Part shown: positions 39,481-49,228 of the stretch, in pieces
Layout of the letters: each line of letters begins with the position of its first letter
Position numbering within the stretch: position 1 is the first letter of the stretch
NCBI GenBank assembly: GCA_029858555.1
Contig: JAOUEU010000001.1
Span: 1 to 49,228 of the forward strand
Direction of reading: 5' to 3'
DNA from: Candidatus Zixiibacteriota bacterium
GTDB taxonomy: Bacteria; Zixibacteria; MSB-5A5; GN15; FEB-12
DNA length: 49,228 bases
Program-made: the position numbers and the translations under genes
Notes under the pieces: generated by a model
What the model was told of the DNA's origin: nothing
What the model saw: the letters and a program-made list of their open reading frames with translations, nothing else
Database searches by the model: none

Positions 39481-41469
39481 ATGTATCGAACTCTACCGTG
39501 TTGTCTTTTTCTGACGTTTTCTGTATTCATTCAGCCGGCGGCCTCGCCGACGGGACCTGGAAATCCGCTGACCAAGTTGACTGAACCAGCGAGGGTCACC
39601 GCCGAGAATTCTCCTCGCGAGTTCCAGCACAGCTACTGGTTGTTGCTCGGAGACGGCAGCCGCGAATCTGCGCCTGTGGCCTTCACGGAAAGGGCGTTAA
39701 AACGACGGGCCAGAGTCGATCCTGTCAACTTCCTTATTGATGAACGGGATTACCCAGTCTCCGCAAGCCTAATCGACGCCGTGAGCGCGACCGGGGCCCG
39801 CGTCCGGCAGGTTTCCCGCTGGCTCAATGCCGTCTCGGTCGAGGCCAATCAAGAGCACATCGAACGGCTGGTTGGGATTCCGGCGATTCAACGTATAGAC
39901 CTGGTTCGGCCGTTAAGGGCTGCTTATCCGGATGTCGCCGATGTAGGCAAGTCCCCCGGTTTCGGCGCGCGGGCGGAAGAGTTCGCTTACGGTTTTTCGT
40001 TGTTTCAGAATACGTTCATTAATGCCGTGAAACTGCATCGCGCCGGCTACACCGGGAAGGGTGTTCTGATAGCCGTTCTCGACAGCGGCTTCGAACTCGA
40101 TCACCGGGCGTTTGATTCGGCTAACGTTCTGGACCAGTGGGACTTCGTCCACGGCGACGCGTCCATCGACGAGGCTGAATGCCCCGAACAGATCAATCGT
40201 TATCAACAGAGTTATCACGGTACTCTGGTTTGGGCGGTGATCGCCGCCAATGTGCCGGATACGCTGATGGGAGTGGCGCCCGGCGCGGACTTCGTGCTGG
40301 CAAAAACCGAAATAACCTGTGATGGTTTGGAGATCAAGATCGAAGAGGATAACTGGATCGCAGCGTCCGAGTGGGCCGATTCGTTAGGTGCGGATATCAT
40401 ATCATCATCACTCGGCTACGCCGTTTTTGCCGACAGCGGCAGCTATGTTTTCGGGGACCTGGACGGCAATACGGCACGGATTACCATCGCTGCCGATATT
40501 GCCGCCTCCAAGAATATTCTGGTGGTGACATCGGCCGGCAACGAGCGTCTCACCTCGTGGGGGGCCATCTCGACGCCCGCCGACGGTGATTCCGTCCTGA
40601 CTGTGGGTGCGGTTCTGGCCGACTCCACGCTGGCCGCGTTTTCCTCGCCCGGACCGACTGCCGACGGACGCATAAAACCGGATATTGTCACGCTGGGGGT
40701 AGGTGTTACGACGGCTCTGCACAGCGGCGGGCTGACAGCCGCGTCGGGGACCTCGCTCGCGGCTCCGCTCGTTGCCGGCGGGGCAGCTCTGGCTCTTCAG
40801 ATCGATCCTGACCTGACCGCAAACAGGCTGTTGGAAAGAATCCGCGCCGCGGGCAGCAGAAGTTCGAATCCTGACAACAATTACGGCTGGGGTTTGTACG
40901 ACGCCACTAAATCGTCTACAATAATACAGATTGTCCCCGTGGATGATATCTGGCTGACAGTCGGTGACCAGATCTCAGTGGACATTACTACTTCCGGGTT
41001 AGCTGAGGCTGTCCCTGTACTGAGCGCCCTTGATCCGCCTGCCTGGGCGGAGTTCACCGATAACGGTGACGGCACCGGCTGGCTGCTTTTGAGGGGAACA
41101 CCGGACAATCCGACCCAGGCATCTATCGGTCTGCAACTCGATGTCGGCTATTTTGTCGACACCGCCTATATAAATGTGGTTACTTACGGGGGGGAGCAGG
41201 AATCGGTCAGTATCGGTCCCAACCCCTTTACCGATTCTGTGAGTATTTTCGTCGGCCCGGAGGCGGGCAGGCTCATAGCCGTCTCTATTTTCAATACGGC
41301 CGGAGAATTAGTCTGGGAAAAAGTCAACAATCTCGCTACAACAGCCGATACTCCCATTAGATGGTTAGCGATTAACCAGAGGGGCGAAAGCATCGCCGCC
41401 GGTGTATACCTGGCATATGTCCAGACCGATCGGCGAAGTTATCGAATAAAGTTGTTGAAAGCCGATTGA
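39481..41469 (+). CDS. S8 (subtilisin-like) serine peptidase with C-terminal T9SS/FlgD-like domain
   Basis: Triad 'VLDSG', 'HGT', 'SGTSLAAP'; oxyanion 'SAGN'; C-terminus 'PNPF...IFNTAGELV...W...N.RG...AAGVY'. Confidence 0.92.
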   Translation: MYRTLPCCLFLTFSVFIQPAASPTGPGNPLTKLTEPARVTAENSPREFQHSYWLLLGDGSRESAPVAFTERALKRRARVDPVNFLIDERDYPVSASLIDAVSATGARVRQVSRWLNAVSVEANQEHIERLVGIPAIQRIDLVRPLRAAYPDVADVGKSPGFGARAEEFAYGFSLFQNTFINAVKLHRAGYTGKGVLIAVLDSGFELDHRAFDSANVLDQWDFVHGDASIDEAECPEQINRYQQSYHGTLVWAVIAANVPDTLMGVAPGADFVLAKTEITCDGLEIKIEEDNWIAASEWADSLGADIISSSLGYAVFADSGSYVFGDLDGNTARITIAADIAASKNILVVTSAGNERLTSWGAISTPADGDSVLTVGAVLADSTLAAFSSPGPTADGRIKPDIVTLGVGVTTALHSGGLTAASGTSLAAPLVAGGAALALQIDPDLTANRLLERIRAAGSRSSNPDNNYGWGLYDATKSSTIIQIVPVDDIWLTVGDQISVDITTSGLAEAVPVLSALDPPAWAEFTDNGDGTGWLLLRGTPDNPTQASIGLQLDVGYFVDTAYINVVTYGGEQESVSIGPNPFTDSVSIFVGPEAGRLIAVSIFNTAGELVWEKVNNLATTADTPIRWLAINQRGESIAAGVYLAYVQTDRRSYRIKLLKAD

Positions 41470-41482
41470 ACGTTGACTGAGC

Positions 41483-43426
41483 ATGATTCCTGTAGCAACC
41501 GACTGCATCACCGGCTTTACTAGGTGTGCGGTATGCAAAATTGACCTCAAGGGTCGCTTCGTTTATATCGACGACGAAGTCGAAAGACTGCTGGGTTACT
41601 CTAAAGAGGAGTTATTCGGAAGGTCCTTGGTCGATTTTCTGGCCGGCTCGTCCCAGGAACCGATCAACCAGTTACTCGCCCATCGCAATCACTACGAAGC
41701 TTTCTATGATACCACCCGAGTGGTGCTGGTCAGCCGCAACAGGCAAACGATCCCGGTTTCCCTGATCGTTTCACTTAACTTCATCGCCGGCAACCCCGTT
41801 AATTTTCAGTTAATCATCAATCGGAGCGAGAGCTCCGTGACTGCTGACGGCGCCGTGACCGGCGACCGCTGGGATGTCGATTTCCTTCAAAATCTTCTGG
41901 CCGTGGAAGACTTTACCAGTTGGCCGGAGCATCTCCGTCTCCTGCGGGAATACGCTGGCGCCAAACAGATCTGTGTGTATAGTATCAACGGAGACGCGCT
42001 GCAGCCGCGCTCGGCCATTTCCGACGATCCCATGGAGGAGTTTGCATCCACCTCGATTCCCGAAACAACCGCTTTGCACCGCCGCGTAGCGCAGTCGGGT
42101 GTCGAGTACGCGTTTACTGACGGGGTGCAGGATGAAACGGCTGCTGAGCCGGGCGGTACCGCCCCGGGGGAGTACGTCGCCAGAGTTAATCTGCCGGAAG
42201 ACAACGCCTACCTGGTGCGCTTCCTGTTTGAGGGCGAACCCGATGGAACGCCAAGGGCGGATGCAGTAAGTCGCGCCCGTTTCGGCCTGAACTGTACGGT
42301 GAGGCTGATGACGGGAACAATGACCGCCGGAGGTGACGATCAGGCCGCCTGTGATGTCAAGTTTACCATCGGGTATCTTGACTCGCTCGGTATCGGCGGG
42401 CTGCTGATTCAAGCCGACGGCCAGATATCGGGGTACAATGCCACCCTCTTGAAACTGGTTGACAGAGAAGAGATTGAAGGCACGTACATGGATTTTGCCC
42501 GCCTGCTGGCCGAACACAATGATCCCTCCATCGAGACCCGACTGGAAAACCACTTCCGCACCGTCGGCGAAGAAGACTGCTTTGCTGATCTGCATCTGGA
42601 CCTTAAGTTGCCCGGGGGAAAGGCGGCCCGAATGGTGGCCGTGCGCTTTGCCTATGATGCCGGCGATCTCAGTGCCGGTATTGCCCTGATTCCGCAGAGC
42701 GCCGTCCCGCAACCGGGCTCGTCACCGGGCATCATGGATAACCAGCGGTGGCTCTCGGTCATCTCCTCTTTTGGCTCGGAACTGAAGAAAGTGAACACTA
42801 TCGCTGAGAGACTGGCTAATGAGTTCTACAACGAGATGGGTAAGGAAGGTAATAGCCTGCTGGAGAATCTGGATAGCTCAGCGCGCAGTCTCCGTAACAT
42901 GTTGGATGAAATCGGCGTGATGTTGCGCCTCATGAATGATAAAAGCCGCCCTGAGCGGATCGACCTTAAGCTGCTGACTCAGAACGCAATCAGGCAGGCC
43001 ATGGCTGACTGTCCAGGTGCGACCGTGGAATGCCGGTGTGAAGATTTACCGAAAGTCGTCACCAGTTCCAAAATAGCGGCAAAGATCCTTTATAGTGCTG
43101 TAATATGCTTTATCCGGCTGAGCCGGAACGCAGCAAAAACCATCGTCGTGCATTCAGAGTTCGATGGCTGCTCCTGCCGGATAATCGTATCTGGTGATGA
43201 ACTTGACTACCCGGAGAAAAGCCTCAAGAAGCTGTTCCACTTCTTCGGCCAGGTTCCCGACGGCTCCGGCCTGCCTGCATCCGGAGACGGTACCAGTCTG
43301 GCGGTGACCCGACAGCTTGCCTCGGGTCTTGGATGGCAGATCGATCTGACGTCAATACCCGGTGAGCGAACGGCAATAGCGATTTCCGTCCCCTGTGGCG
43401 ACCCGCCGGCGGCGGCATCGGTCTGA
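41483..43426 (+). CDS. PAS-domain sensor with degenerate histidine-kinase-like C-terminus
   Basis: N-terminal PAS ('IDLKGRFVYID...RLLGYSKEELFGRSL'), second PAS-like region, C-terminal HATPase-like remnants ('KKLFHFF', 'GTSLAVTRQLA', 'SIPGERT'). Confidence 0.7.
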   Translation: MIPVATDCITGFTRCAVCKIDLKGRFVYIDDEVERLLGYSKEELFGRSLVDFLAGSSQEPINQLLAHRNHYEAFYDTTRVVLVSRNRQTIPVSLIVSLNFIAGNPVNFQLIINRSESSVTADGAVTGDRWDVDFLQNLLAVEDFTSWPEHLRLLREYAGAKQICVYSINGDALQPRSAISDDPMEEFASTSIPETTALHRRVAQSGVEYAFTDGVQDETAAEPGGTAPGEYVARVNLPEDNAYLVRFLFEGEPDGTPRADAVSRARFGLNCTVRLMTGTMTAGGDDQAACDVKFTIGYLDSLGIGGLLIQADGQISGYNATLLKLVDREEIEGTYMDFARLLAEHNDPSIETRLENHFRTVGEEDCFADLHLDLKLPGGKAARMVAVRFAYDAGDLSAGIALIPQSAVPQPGSSPGIMDNQRWLSVISSFGSELKKVNTIAERLANEFYNEMGKEGNSLLENLDSSARSLRNMLDEIGVMLRLMNDKSRPERIDLKLLTQNAIRQAMADCPGATVECRCEDLPKVVTSSKIAAKILYSAVICFIRLSRNAAKTIVVHSEFDGCSCRIIVSGDELDYPEKSLKKLFHFFGQVPDGSGLPASGDGTSLAVTRQLASGLGWQIDLTSIPGERTAIAISVPCGDPPAAASV

Positions 43427-43464
43427 TCGCCGGGTCGGGATCGATTATTTCACATTAATATGGG

Positions 43465-43492
43465 TTGACAAATAGCCGTTTAGCTCTATTTT
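43465..43492 (+). promoter_or_regulatory. Putative sigma70 promoter of yicC-gmk-rpoZ
   Basis: TTGACA (43465-43470), 16 nt, TATTTT (43487-43492), AT-rich upstream. Confidence 0.6.
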
Positions 43493-43520
43493 TGAGCCAA
43501 GCTATGAACGGGGTAACGTT

Positions 43521-44396
43521 ATGAAATCCATGACCGGCTTTGGAAAAGCCGAATTGCGGGCTCCTGTCGGCAAGTTCAGCGTCGAGATTTCCAGTGTCAA
43601 TAACCGTTTTCTGGAAATATCGGCCAGACTGCCGCGGCAGTTCTTTGCTCTTGAGGCTAGACTACGTACCCTGATAAGTGCCCATATTGAGAGGGGGAAA
43701 ATTTATCTGTATGTGGGGTATGAAGAATCGAACGACAGTGCGGCGAAGTTTGCCATCAATCGCCCGGCGGCCCGGGCATACCATAAGCAGCTCATGCAAC
43801 TCAAAAAGGAACTTGGGCTTAGCGGGGGAGTAGAAATACACGACCTGATGCTTCTGCCGGAATTTGCCAATCCTGATAAAGAGACTATTGATGATAAGCT
43901 GATCTGGCCACCTCTTGAAAAGGCAACCCGGAAGGCGCTGAACGAGCTGATATCTATGCGAAGAAAAGAAGGGGCCGCGCTGGCCAGGGACATGAGGCAG
44001 CGAATGAAGGTCATCAACGGCTACATCAAAGTGATTGTCGACCATTCCTCCGACTTCGTAGATTCCTACCGGGAGAAGCTGGCCGCGAGGATACAAGACC
44101 TGCTTCAGTCACCGGCTCCGGACTCGGTGAGACTGGAGGAAGAAATTGTCATGGTTGCAGAAAGGATCGACATCAGTGAGGAATGCATCCGTTTAAAGAG
44201 CCACGTGGGGCAATTTACCCAGACTCTCGCGATACCCGATCCTGTTGGCAAGAAGCTCAATTTCATACTCCAGGAAATGAATCGGGAGGCTAATACCATC
44301 GCTTCCAAGTGTTCGGATATTCGGATCTCTTCGGCGGTCATCTCACTCAAGGAGGAGATCGAGAAACTTAGAGAACAAGTGCAAAATGTCGAGTAG
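43521..44396 (+). CDS. yicC: YicC/YloC family endoribonuclease
   Basis: 'MKSMTGFG', 'SVNNRFLE', 'GKKLNFILQEMNREANTIASK', 'REQVQNVE'. Confidence 0.95.
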   Translation: MKSMTGFGKAELRAPVGKFSVEISSVNNRFLEISARLPRQFFALEARLRTLISAHIERGKIYLYVGYEESNDSAAKFAINRPAARAYHKQLMQLKKELGLSGGVEIHDLMLLPEFANPDKETIDDKLIWPPLEKATRKALNELISMRRKEGAALARDMRQRMKVINGYIKVIVDHSSDFVDSYREKLAARIQDLLQSPAPDSVRLEEEIVMVAERIDISEECIRLKSHVGQFTQTLAIPDPVGKKLNFILQEMNREANTIASKCSDIRISSAVISLKEEIEKLREQVQNVE

Positions 44397-44417
44397 CCGC
44401 TAGCGCTGACACTGAAA

Positions 44418-45035
44418 ATGAAGAGACCTGGCAAGATTGTAATCATTTCCTCACCTTCGGGCGGCGGCAAGACCTCGATTTGCCGGAAGCTGCTGTCACC
44501 CAACCGTCGAAGGAAAAACTGGCGTTTTTCCATATCATACACTACCCGCACGAAAAGGCCAGGTGAGCGAAACGGTCGTGAGTACTTCTTTGTTTCCGAC
44601 CAGGAATTCGCCTCTCTGGTCAAGAGAAACTTCTTCGCGGAGCATTGTCACGTGCATCTTTACCGGTATGGCACTCCGCGGGATCAATTGGAGCACGTCG
44701 CACGGTCAGGCGGCGTGATGGTGCTGGATGTTGACGTACAGGGGGCCTTTAAGCTCCGGAAAGCTTTCCCCGAAGCCATAACTGTTTTCATACTGCCCCC
44801 ATCGATAACGGCTTTGCGAAAGCGCCTGAAAAAGCGAGGGACCGAGACCCGTGAGCAACTGAGGGTTCGTTTCGAGAACGCCAGAAAGGAAATGAGACTT
44901 TACAGCAAATTCAACTATGTTGTTATAAATGAAGAGCTTGACACAGCTGTCAAGGAAGTCTTGAGTATCATTGATTCTCACTACTGTAGAACCGATAAAC
45001 TCCGCGCGGAACAAATCGCTCGGATAATTCGTTAA
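44418..45035 (+). CDS. gmk: Guanylate kinase
   Basis: 'SPSGGGKTS', 'SYTTR..RPGE.NGREYFF', 'YGT', 'FILPPS'. Confidence 0.96.
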   Translation: MKRPGKIVIISSPSGGGKTSICRKLLSPNRRRKNWRFSISYTTRTKRPGERNGREYFFVSDQEFASLVKRNFFAEHCHVHLYRYGTPRDQLEHVARSGGVMVLDVDVQGAFKLRKAFPEAITVFILPPSITALRKRLKKRGTETREQLRVRFENARKEMRLYSKFNYVVINEELDTAVKEVLSIIDSHYCRTDKLRAEQIARIIR

Positions 45036-45067
45036 ATTACCGACATTTGAGTAGATAGGAGAGTGCA

Positions 45068-45295
45068 ATGGGTAGACCCCAAATTGAAGAGCTGGAAAAA
45101 CTTAACCTGAATCTATACGAGGCTGTGATAGTGGCCTCGCAGCACGCCCGCCGGCTCAATGCCAGGCGTCTTCAACAGCTTGAGCAGATGGAAGAAGATC
45201 CTTCGATCGATATCGACAGCCGCAAAATTACCGCCGTGGCTCTACGTGATGTTCTGGACGGAAAGGTAAAGTTTAAACGTTCAGATTCGATGTAA
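45068..45295 (+). CDS. rpoZ: RNA polymerase omega subunit
   Basis: 'NLYEAVIVASQHARRLN...K...VAL'; follows gmk; AGGAG RBS. Confidence 0.88.
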   Translation: MGRPQIEELEKLNLNLYEAVIVASQHARRLNARRLQQLEQMEEDPSIDIDSRKITAVALRDVLDGKVKFKRSDSM

Positions 45296-45335
45296 TAATA
45301 ATAAAACTCTTACTTTCGAAAACTTAGGAAGAGAT

Positions 45336-47627
45336 ATGGCCAAGAATGTTGTCATCGTCGAGTCTCCAGCCAAAACTAAGACTTTAGCCCGCTTTTTGGG
45401 TGAGGATTATGATATCCTTGCTACTATTGGCCATATCGTCGACTTACCAAAATCCAAAATTGGTGTTGATACGGATAATAATTTCGAGCCGGAGTATCAC
45501 GTCATCAAGGGTAAGGAAAAAGTTATCTCCGAGTTGAAGAAGGCAGCCAAAAAGGCGAAGACCGTCTTTCTGGCACCTGATCCTGATCGCGAGGGTGAAG
45601 CGATTGCCTGGCACGTGGCAAACAGCCTTAAGAATGGCTCCAAGGCGAAATTCGTGCGCGTAGCTTTCAACGAGATTACGGCTCCGGCGGTGCTTGAGGC
45701 GATGGAGCACCCGCGTGACATCGACATGAATCTGGTCAACGCGCAGCAGGCCCGCAGAGTGCTCGACCGCGTGGTGGGCTACACTGTGTCGCCGTTTTTG
45801 TGGAAAACGATCACTCACAATCTGTCAGCCGGGCGGGTTCAGTCAGTGGCGCTACGCCTCGTTTGCGAGCGCGAGGTCGAGGTCACGCAGTTTAAGCCGC
45901 AGGAGTACTGGCAGATATCGGCCGTGCTCGAAACGGTCTTGAAGGAACAATTCTCGGCGCGGCTGGTGAAAATCGGTGACAAAACTCTGGCCAAACCCGA
46001 TGATGTCGGCAATAACAAAATTGCAATTGGTACCAAAGCTGAAGCCGATGGCTATCTCAAAGATCTGCAGAAGGCTTCATACACGGTCTCCCTGATCAAG
46101 AGAACGGAGAAACAGCGCAGACCGCCGGCGCCGTTCATAACGTCGACACTCCAGCAGGATGCCGCCAGAGCCTTTGGCTTCGCTCCCAAGAAGACCATGT
46201 CACTGGCCCAGAAACTTTATGAAGGTATTGAAATGGGCCGCGAAGGAGCCACCGGCCTGATCACCTACATGAGGACCGACTCCACCCGCGTTTCCGGCGA
46301 GGCCTTAAAAACCGTCCGGGGCTACATAAAAAAGGAGTACGGCAGCGATTATCTACCTCCGAAACCCAATGTTTTCGGTAAGAAAAAATCCGCGCAGGAC
46401 GCCCACGAGGCGATTCGCCCGACGTACATGAACCTGCCGCCGCAGAAGCTGAGTAAGTACCTTACAGTGCAACAGCTTAAGCTCTATACGTTGATTTGGA
46501 GCCGCTTCCTGGCCTCCCAGATGAAACCGGCCGTGATGGATGTCGTCTCGGTGGATATCGAGGCCGACCGTTTCTTGTTCCGGGCGACATCGCAGAAGCT
46601 GGTTTTTGATGGTTTTCTCAAAGTCTATCATGAGCAGAAGGAACCGGATGAAAACGGTAACGGCTTGAACGGCTATGTGGAACTGCCCGAGCTGGCCGAA
46701 AACGATCTCCTCAAACTGATCAAGCTGAACCCTTCTCAGTCTTTTACCAAACCGCCGCCGAGGTTTTCTGAGGCCATGCTTGTCAGGCGCCTCGAGGCCG
46801 ATGGCATCGGCCGACCGTCGACGTACGCAACCATAATCGCCACTTTGAAGGACCGCAAATACGTGGAGGCGGCCTCGGGCAAACTGGTGCCTACCGACCT
46901 CGGTGTGGCCGTTAACAAAATCCTCGTCGAAAATCTGCCGAAGCTGTTCAACGTAAAATTCACGGCCGAGATGGAAAAAGAGCTGGATCTTATCGAGGAC
47001 GGCACCGACGATTGGGTAAAAGTACTCAACGGTTTTTACAGGCCGTTCAAGAAGACTATCGACGCGCTCAAGAAAAAGCAGTCGGCAATCAAAGAGTCCA
47101 TGACCGAAAAGACCGATCAGAAGTGTCCCAAGTGTGATTCACCGATGGTCATCAAGTGGGGTCGCAACGGTCGCTTCCTGGCCTGCTCGGCTTACCCGGA
47201 ATGTAAGACCACCAAGCCACTTCCCGAGGAGGCCGCCTTGATGAAAACCGACCAGGTCTGCGATAAGTGTGGCGCCCCGATGGTGGTCAAGGTGGGACGG
47301 TTTGGTCGGTTCCTGGCCTGTTCGCGGTACCCTGACTGCAAGAACACCAAAGCCATCACGTTGGGCATCAAGTGCCCCAGGACGGGCTGCAACGGCGAGC
47401 TGGTCGAGAAGAAGACCAGAGGAAGCCGTCTGTTCTACGGTTGTACGAGTTACCCCAAGTGCAATTTTGCTTCCTGGGATAAACCGGTCAACAAAGCGTG
47501 CGCCTCCTGCGGCCACCCCTTCCTCGTGCTTAAGTTATCCAAGCGCAAGGGGGAGTTCTACAAGTGCCCCGGGTGTAAGGACGAATTTCCCATAGAAGCC
47601 CCTGACCGCGAGCCCGTTGCTCGCTGA
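45336..47627 (+). CDS. topA: DNA topoisomerase I
   Basis: 'IVESPAK', 'DPDREGEAIAWH', 'SAGRVQS', 'LITYMRTDS', 'GIGRPSTYA', C-terminal zinc ribbons. Confidence 0.97.
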   Translation: MAKNVVIVESPAKTKTLARFLGEDYDILATIGHIVDLPKSKIGVDTDNNFEPEYHVIKGKEKVISELKKAAKKAKTVFLAPDPDREGEAIAWHVANSLKNGSKAKFVRVAFNEITAPAVLEAMEHPRDIDMNLVNAQQARRVLDRVVGYTVSPFLWKTITHNLSAGRVQSVALRLVCEREVEVTQFKPQEYWQISAVLETVLKEQFSARLVKIGDKTLAKPDDVGNNKIAIGTKAEADGYLKDLQKASYTVSLIKRTEKQRRPPAPFITSTLQQDAARAFGFAPKKTMSLAQKLYEGIEMGREGATGLITYMRTDSTRVSGEALKTVRGYIKKEYGSDYLPPKPNVFGKKKSAQDAHEAIRPTYMNLPPQKLSKYLTVQQLKLYTLIWSRFLASQMKPAVMDVVSVDIEADRFLFRATSQKLVFDGFLKVYHEQKEPDENGNGLNGYVELPELAENDLLKLIKLNPSQSFTKPPPRFSEAMLVRRLEADGIGRPSTYATIIATLKDRKYVEAASGKLVPTDLGVAVNKILVENLPKLFNVKFTAEMEKELDLIEDGTDDWVKVLNGFYRPFKKTIDALKKKQSAIKESMTEKTDQKCPKCDSPMVIKWGRNGRFLACSAYPECKTTKPLPEEAALMKTDQVCDKCGAPMVVKVGRFGRFLACSRYPDCKNTKAITLGIKCPRTGCNGELVEKKTRGSRLFYGCTSYPKCNFASWDKPVNKACASCGHPFLVLKLSKRKGEFYKCPGCKDEFPIEAPDREPVAR

Positions 47628-47650
47628 ATACATCCCCGTGGGTGCCTTCC

Positions 47651-47673
47651 GCAGGGTGATACCTGCCTTTTTT
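47651..47673 (+). terminator. Possible weak intrinsic terminator after topA
   Basis: GCAGG-gtgata-CCTGC followed by C and six T. Confidence 0.4.
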
Positions 47674-47710
47674 GAGTGACACCCGTTTATTATTTTCATA
47701 TGTTAGGCAT

Positions 47711-48625
47711 ATGTTGCAAAAACAGTTGGAGAAGTTTTTCAGCAAAGCGGCCCGGGAAAAACAACTGTCTGACAATACTATCGCAGCCTACCGGCGGGAC
47801 CTGATGCCGTGGGTGGCGTTCTTACAGAGCAAATATGCCGAACTGCCCTTCGCCTCCAGGAATGATCCTCTCCTTCTTAGAATGTACCTGCGCCAGCGCT
47901 CGGAGGGAAAGATCTCCAATCGGACCCTGGCGCGCTTTCTTGCCGCTCTCTCATCATTCCAGAAATACCTGATGACCTTGCCCGATTTCAAGCAGTACGT
48001 GTTCAAATTGCCCCGCATGAAATACGGCAGCCGGGTGCCGGCGTTTCTGCCGCAGTCGGAATCCCGAAGGCTGTTCGAGCATGACAGCCGGCGCGAAAAG
48101 ACGGACCCTTACTACTACTGGCGGGATTACGCTGTCATCGCTCTTTTATACGCTACCGGCGTCAGGCGCGAGGAACTTGCCTCAATAAGACTGGCCGATC
48201 TCGATCTGTCCCACGGCCTGATAACTATAACCGGGAAGGGAAACAAGGTGCGGGTGGTTCCGGTGGGAGAGAAAACGTTGAAGGATTTGACGGGATATTT
48301 GAAAATACGCAGCGATTTTGTGGTACAGAAAAACACTCTGTCGTCGCATCTTTTCCTGAACAAGTCCGGAGAGCCTCTGTCCGTGCGGTCCATCAACCGC
48401 CTGGCTCAGAAGTTCAGCCGCCGGGCAGGCGTGGCCTTCACGCCGCACACGCTGCGGCATTCCTTCGCCACGCATCTTCTGGAGAACGGTGCTGATTTGA
48501 TATTGATCAAGGAGATTCTCGGTCATTCCTCGCTGTCGACGACTCAGAAATATACGCACGTAACAGCGGAATCGATGAAAAAGGTATACCACCGAGCGCA
48601 CCCGCGATCGGGTTCAAAAAGATAA
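47711..48625 (+). CDS. xerC: Tyrosine recombinase XerC-like
   Basis: Catalytic R ('ATGVRREE'), K ('GKGNK'), '[10 protein letters not shown]', 'LGH', Y ('TQKYTH'); conserved topA-xerC-hslV-hslU context. Confidence 0.9.
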   Translation: MLQKQLEKFFSKAAREKQLSDNTIAAYRRDLMPWVAFLQSKYAELPFASRNDPLLLRMYLRQRSEGKISNRTLARFLAALSSFQKYLMTLPDFKQYVFKLPRMKYGSRVPAFLPQSESRRLFEHDSRREKTDPYYYWRDYAVIALLYATGVRREELASIRLADLDLSHGLITITGKGNKVRVVPVGEKTLKDLTGYLKIRSDFVVQKNTLSSHLFLNKSGEPLSVRSINRLAQKFSRRAGVAFTPHTLRHSFATHLLENGADLILIKEILGHSSLSTTQKYTHVTAESMKKVYHRAHPRSGSKR

Positions 48626-48635
48626 TGAGGGCAGT

Positions 48636-49172
48636 ATGAAAACACGCTCCACGACAATTCTCGGCCTGATACACCGCGGTCAGGCGGCCATGGCCGGTGA
48701 CGGCCAGGTCTCCCTGGAAGACACCATCCTTAAATCGAAGGCCAGCAAGATTAGAACCATGTATGATGGTCGGATTCTGGCCGGGTTTGCCGGGACTGCT
48801 GCCGACGCGCTGGCCCTTTACGAATTACTCGAAAGAAAGATTGATGAATACTCCGGCAATTTGCCCAAGGCCGCCGTGGAACTGGCCAAGGAGTGGCGCA
48901 CCGACAAGATGCTTCAGAAACTCGAAGCCACCATCGCCGTCACGGACAAAGAGCACATCTTCCTGGTAAGCGGTAACGGTGATGTCGTCGAGCCGGACGA
49001 CGGTATCATTGCCATCGGTTCCGGCGGCAACTACGCTCTGGCCGCGGCCCGGGCGCTCATCGGAGCGAGTCCCAAGCTGTCGGCTGAGAAAATCGCTGTG
49101 AGGGCGCTGGAAATTGCGGCGGGTATTTGTGTTTATACCAATGACAGCATCAAGGTGGAAGCGCTGAAATGA
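48636..49172 (+). CDS. hslV: ATP-dependent protease subunit HslV
   Basis: 'STTIL', 'AGDGQVS', 'AGFAG', 'AIGSGG', 'ICVYTN'. Confidence 0.97.
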   Translation: MKTRSTTILGLIHRGQAAMAGDGQVSLEDTILKSKASKIRTMYDGRILAGFAGTAADALALYELLERKIDEYSGNLPKAAVELAKEWRTDKMLQKLEATIAVTDKEHIFLVSGNGDVVEPDDGIIAIGSGGNYALAAARALIGASPKLSAEKIAVRALEIAAGICVYTNDSIKVEALK

Positions 49173-49228
49173 AAGAGACTTACCCGACACCGGCCGAAAT
49201 CGTCGCTCATCTCGACAAATACGTCATC
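49169..49228 (+). CDS. hslU: ATP-dependent protease ATPase subunit HslU, N-terminus (truncated by the window edge)
   Basis: ATGA overlap with hslV; translates [20 protein letters not shown], matching the HslU 'TP.EIV..LDKY.I' start. Confidence 0.9.
   Translation, partial: MKETYPTPAEIVAHLDKYVI

Noticed and set aside
47120..47480. Imperfect direct repeats near the end of topA
   Set aside because: They encode the normal tandem zinc-ribbon domains of TopA; not a CRISPR or DNA repeat element.
47711..48625. Tyrosine recombinase as a possible prophage or island integrase
   Set aside because: Sits in the housekeeping topA-xerC-hslV-hslU context; no att repeats, tRNA or mobile cargo nearby.

Overview
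Chromosomal, housekeeping-rich region of a moderately GC-rich diderm bacterium. An FCB-associated lineage such as Zixibacteria is my guess, from the Bacteroidetes-like porin and a T9SS/FlgD-like C-terminal domain; this is inference only. In order, the window holds: a partial outer-membrane barrel gene; an HD hydrolase / MFS / PHP / small-protein cluster; a complete 14-gene complex I operon (nuoA-N); an OM protein and a class IV aminotransferase on the minus strand; DUF401; an ECF sigma / anti-sigma / HtrA-like / CMD / tamB / tamA envelope cluster; iscS-mnmA; an MBL hydrolase; AsmA; M1-like, S8 and PAS-kinase-like genes; and yicC-gmk-rpoZ-topA-xerC-hslV-hslU'. I saw no rRNA, tRNA, CRISPR array or mobile element. 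Top findings: (1) a CPYC glutaredoxin inserted between nuoM and nuoN whose apparent TGA stop is followed by two codons, a second TGA and a SECIS-like hairpin, i.e. a probable UXX-stop selenoprotein inside the complex I operon; (2) a bacterial protein carrying the motifs of the eukaryotic Janus/PHPT1 phosphohistidine phosphatase, next to a PHP hydrolase; (3) three full-length but apparently catalytically dead enzymes (HtrA, M1 peptidase, histidine kinase); (4) a recurring leaderless-mRNA promoter geometry. All family calls are by-eye motif recognition; no searches were run.
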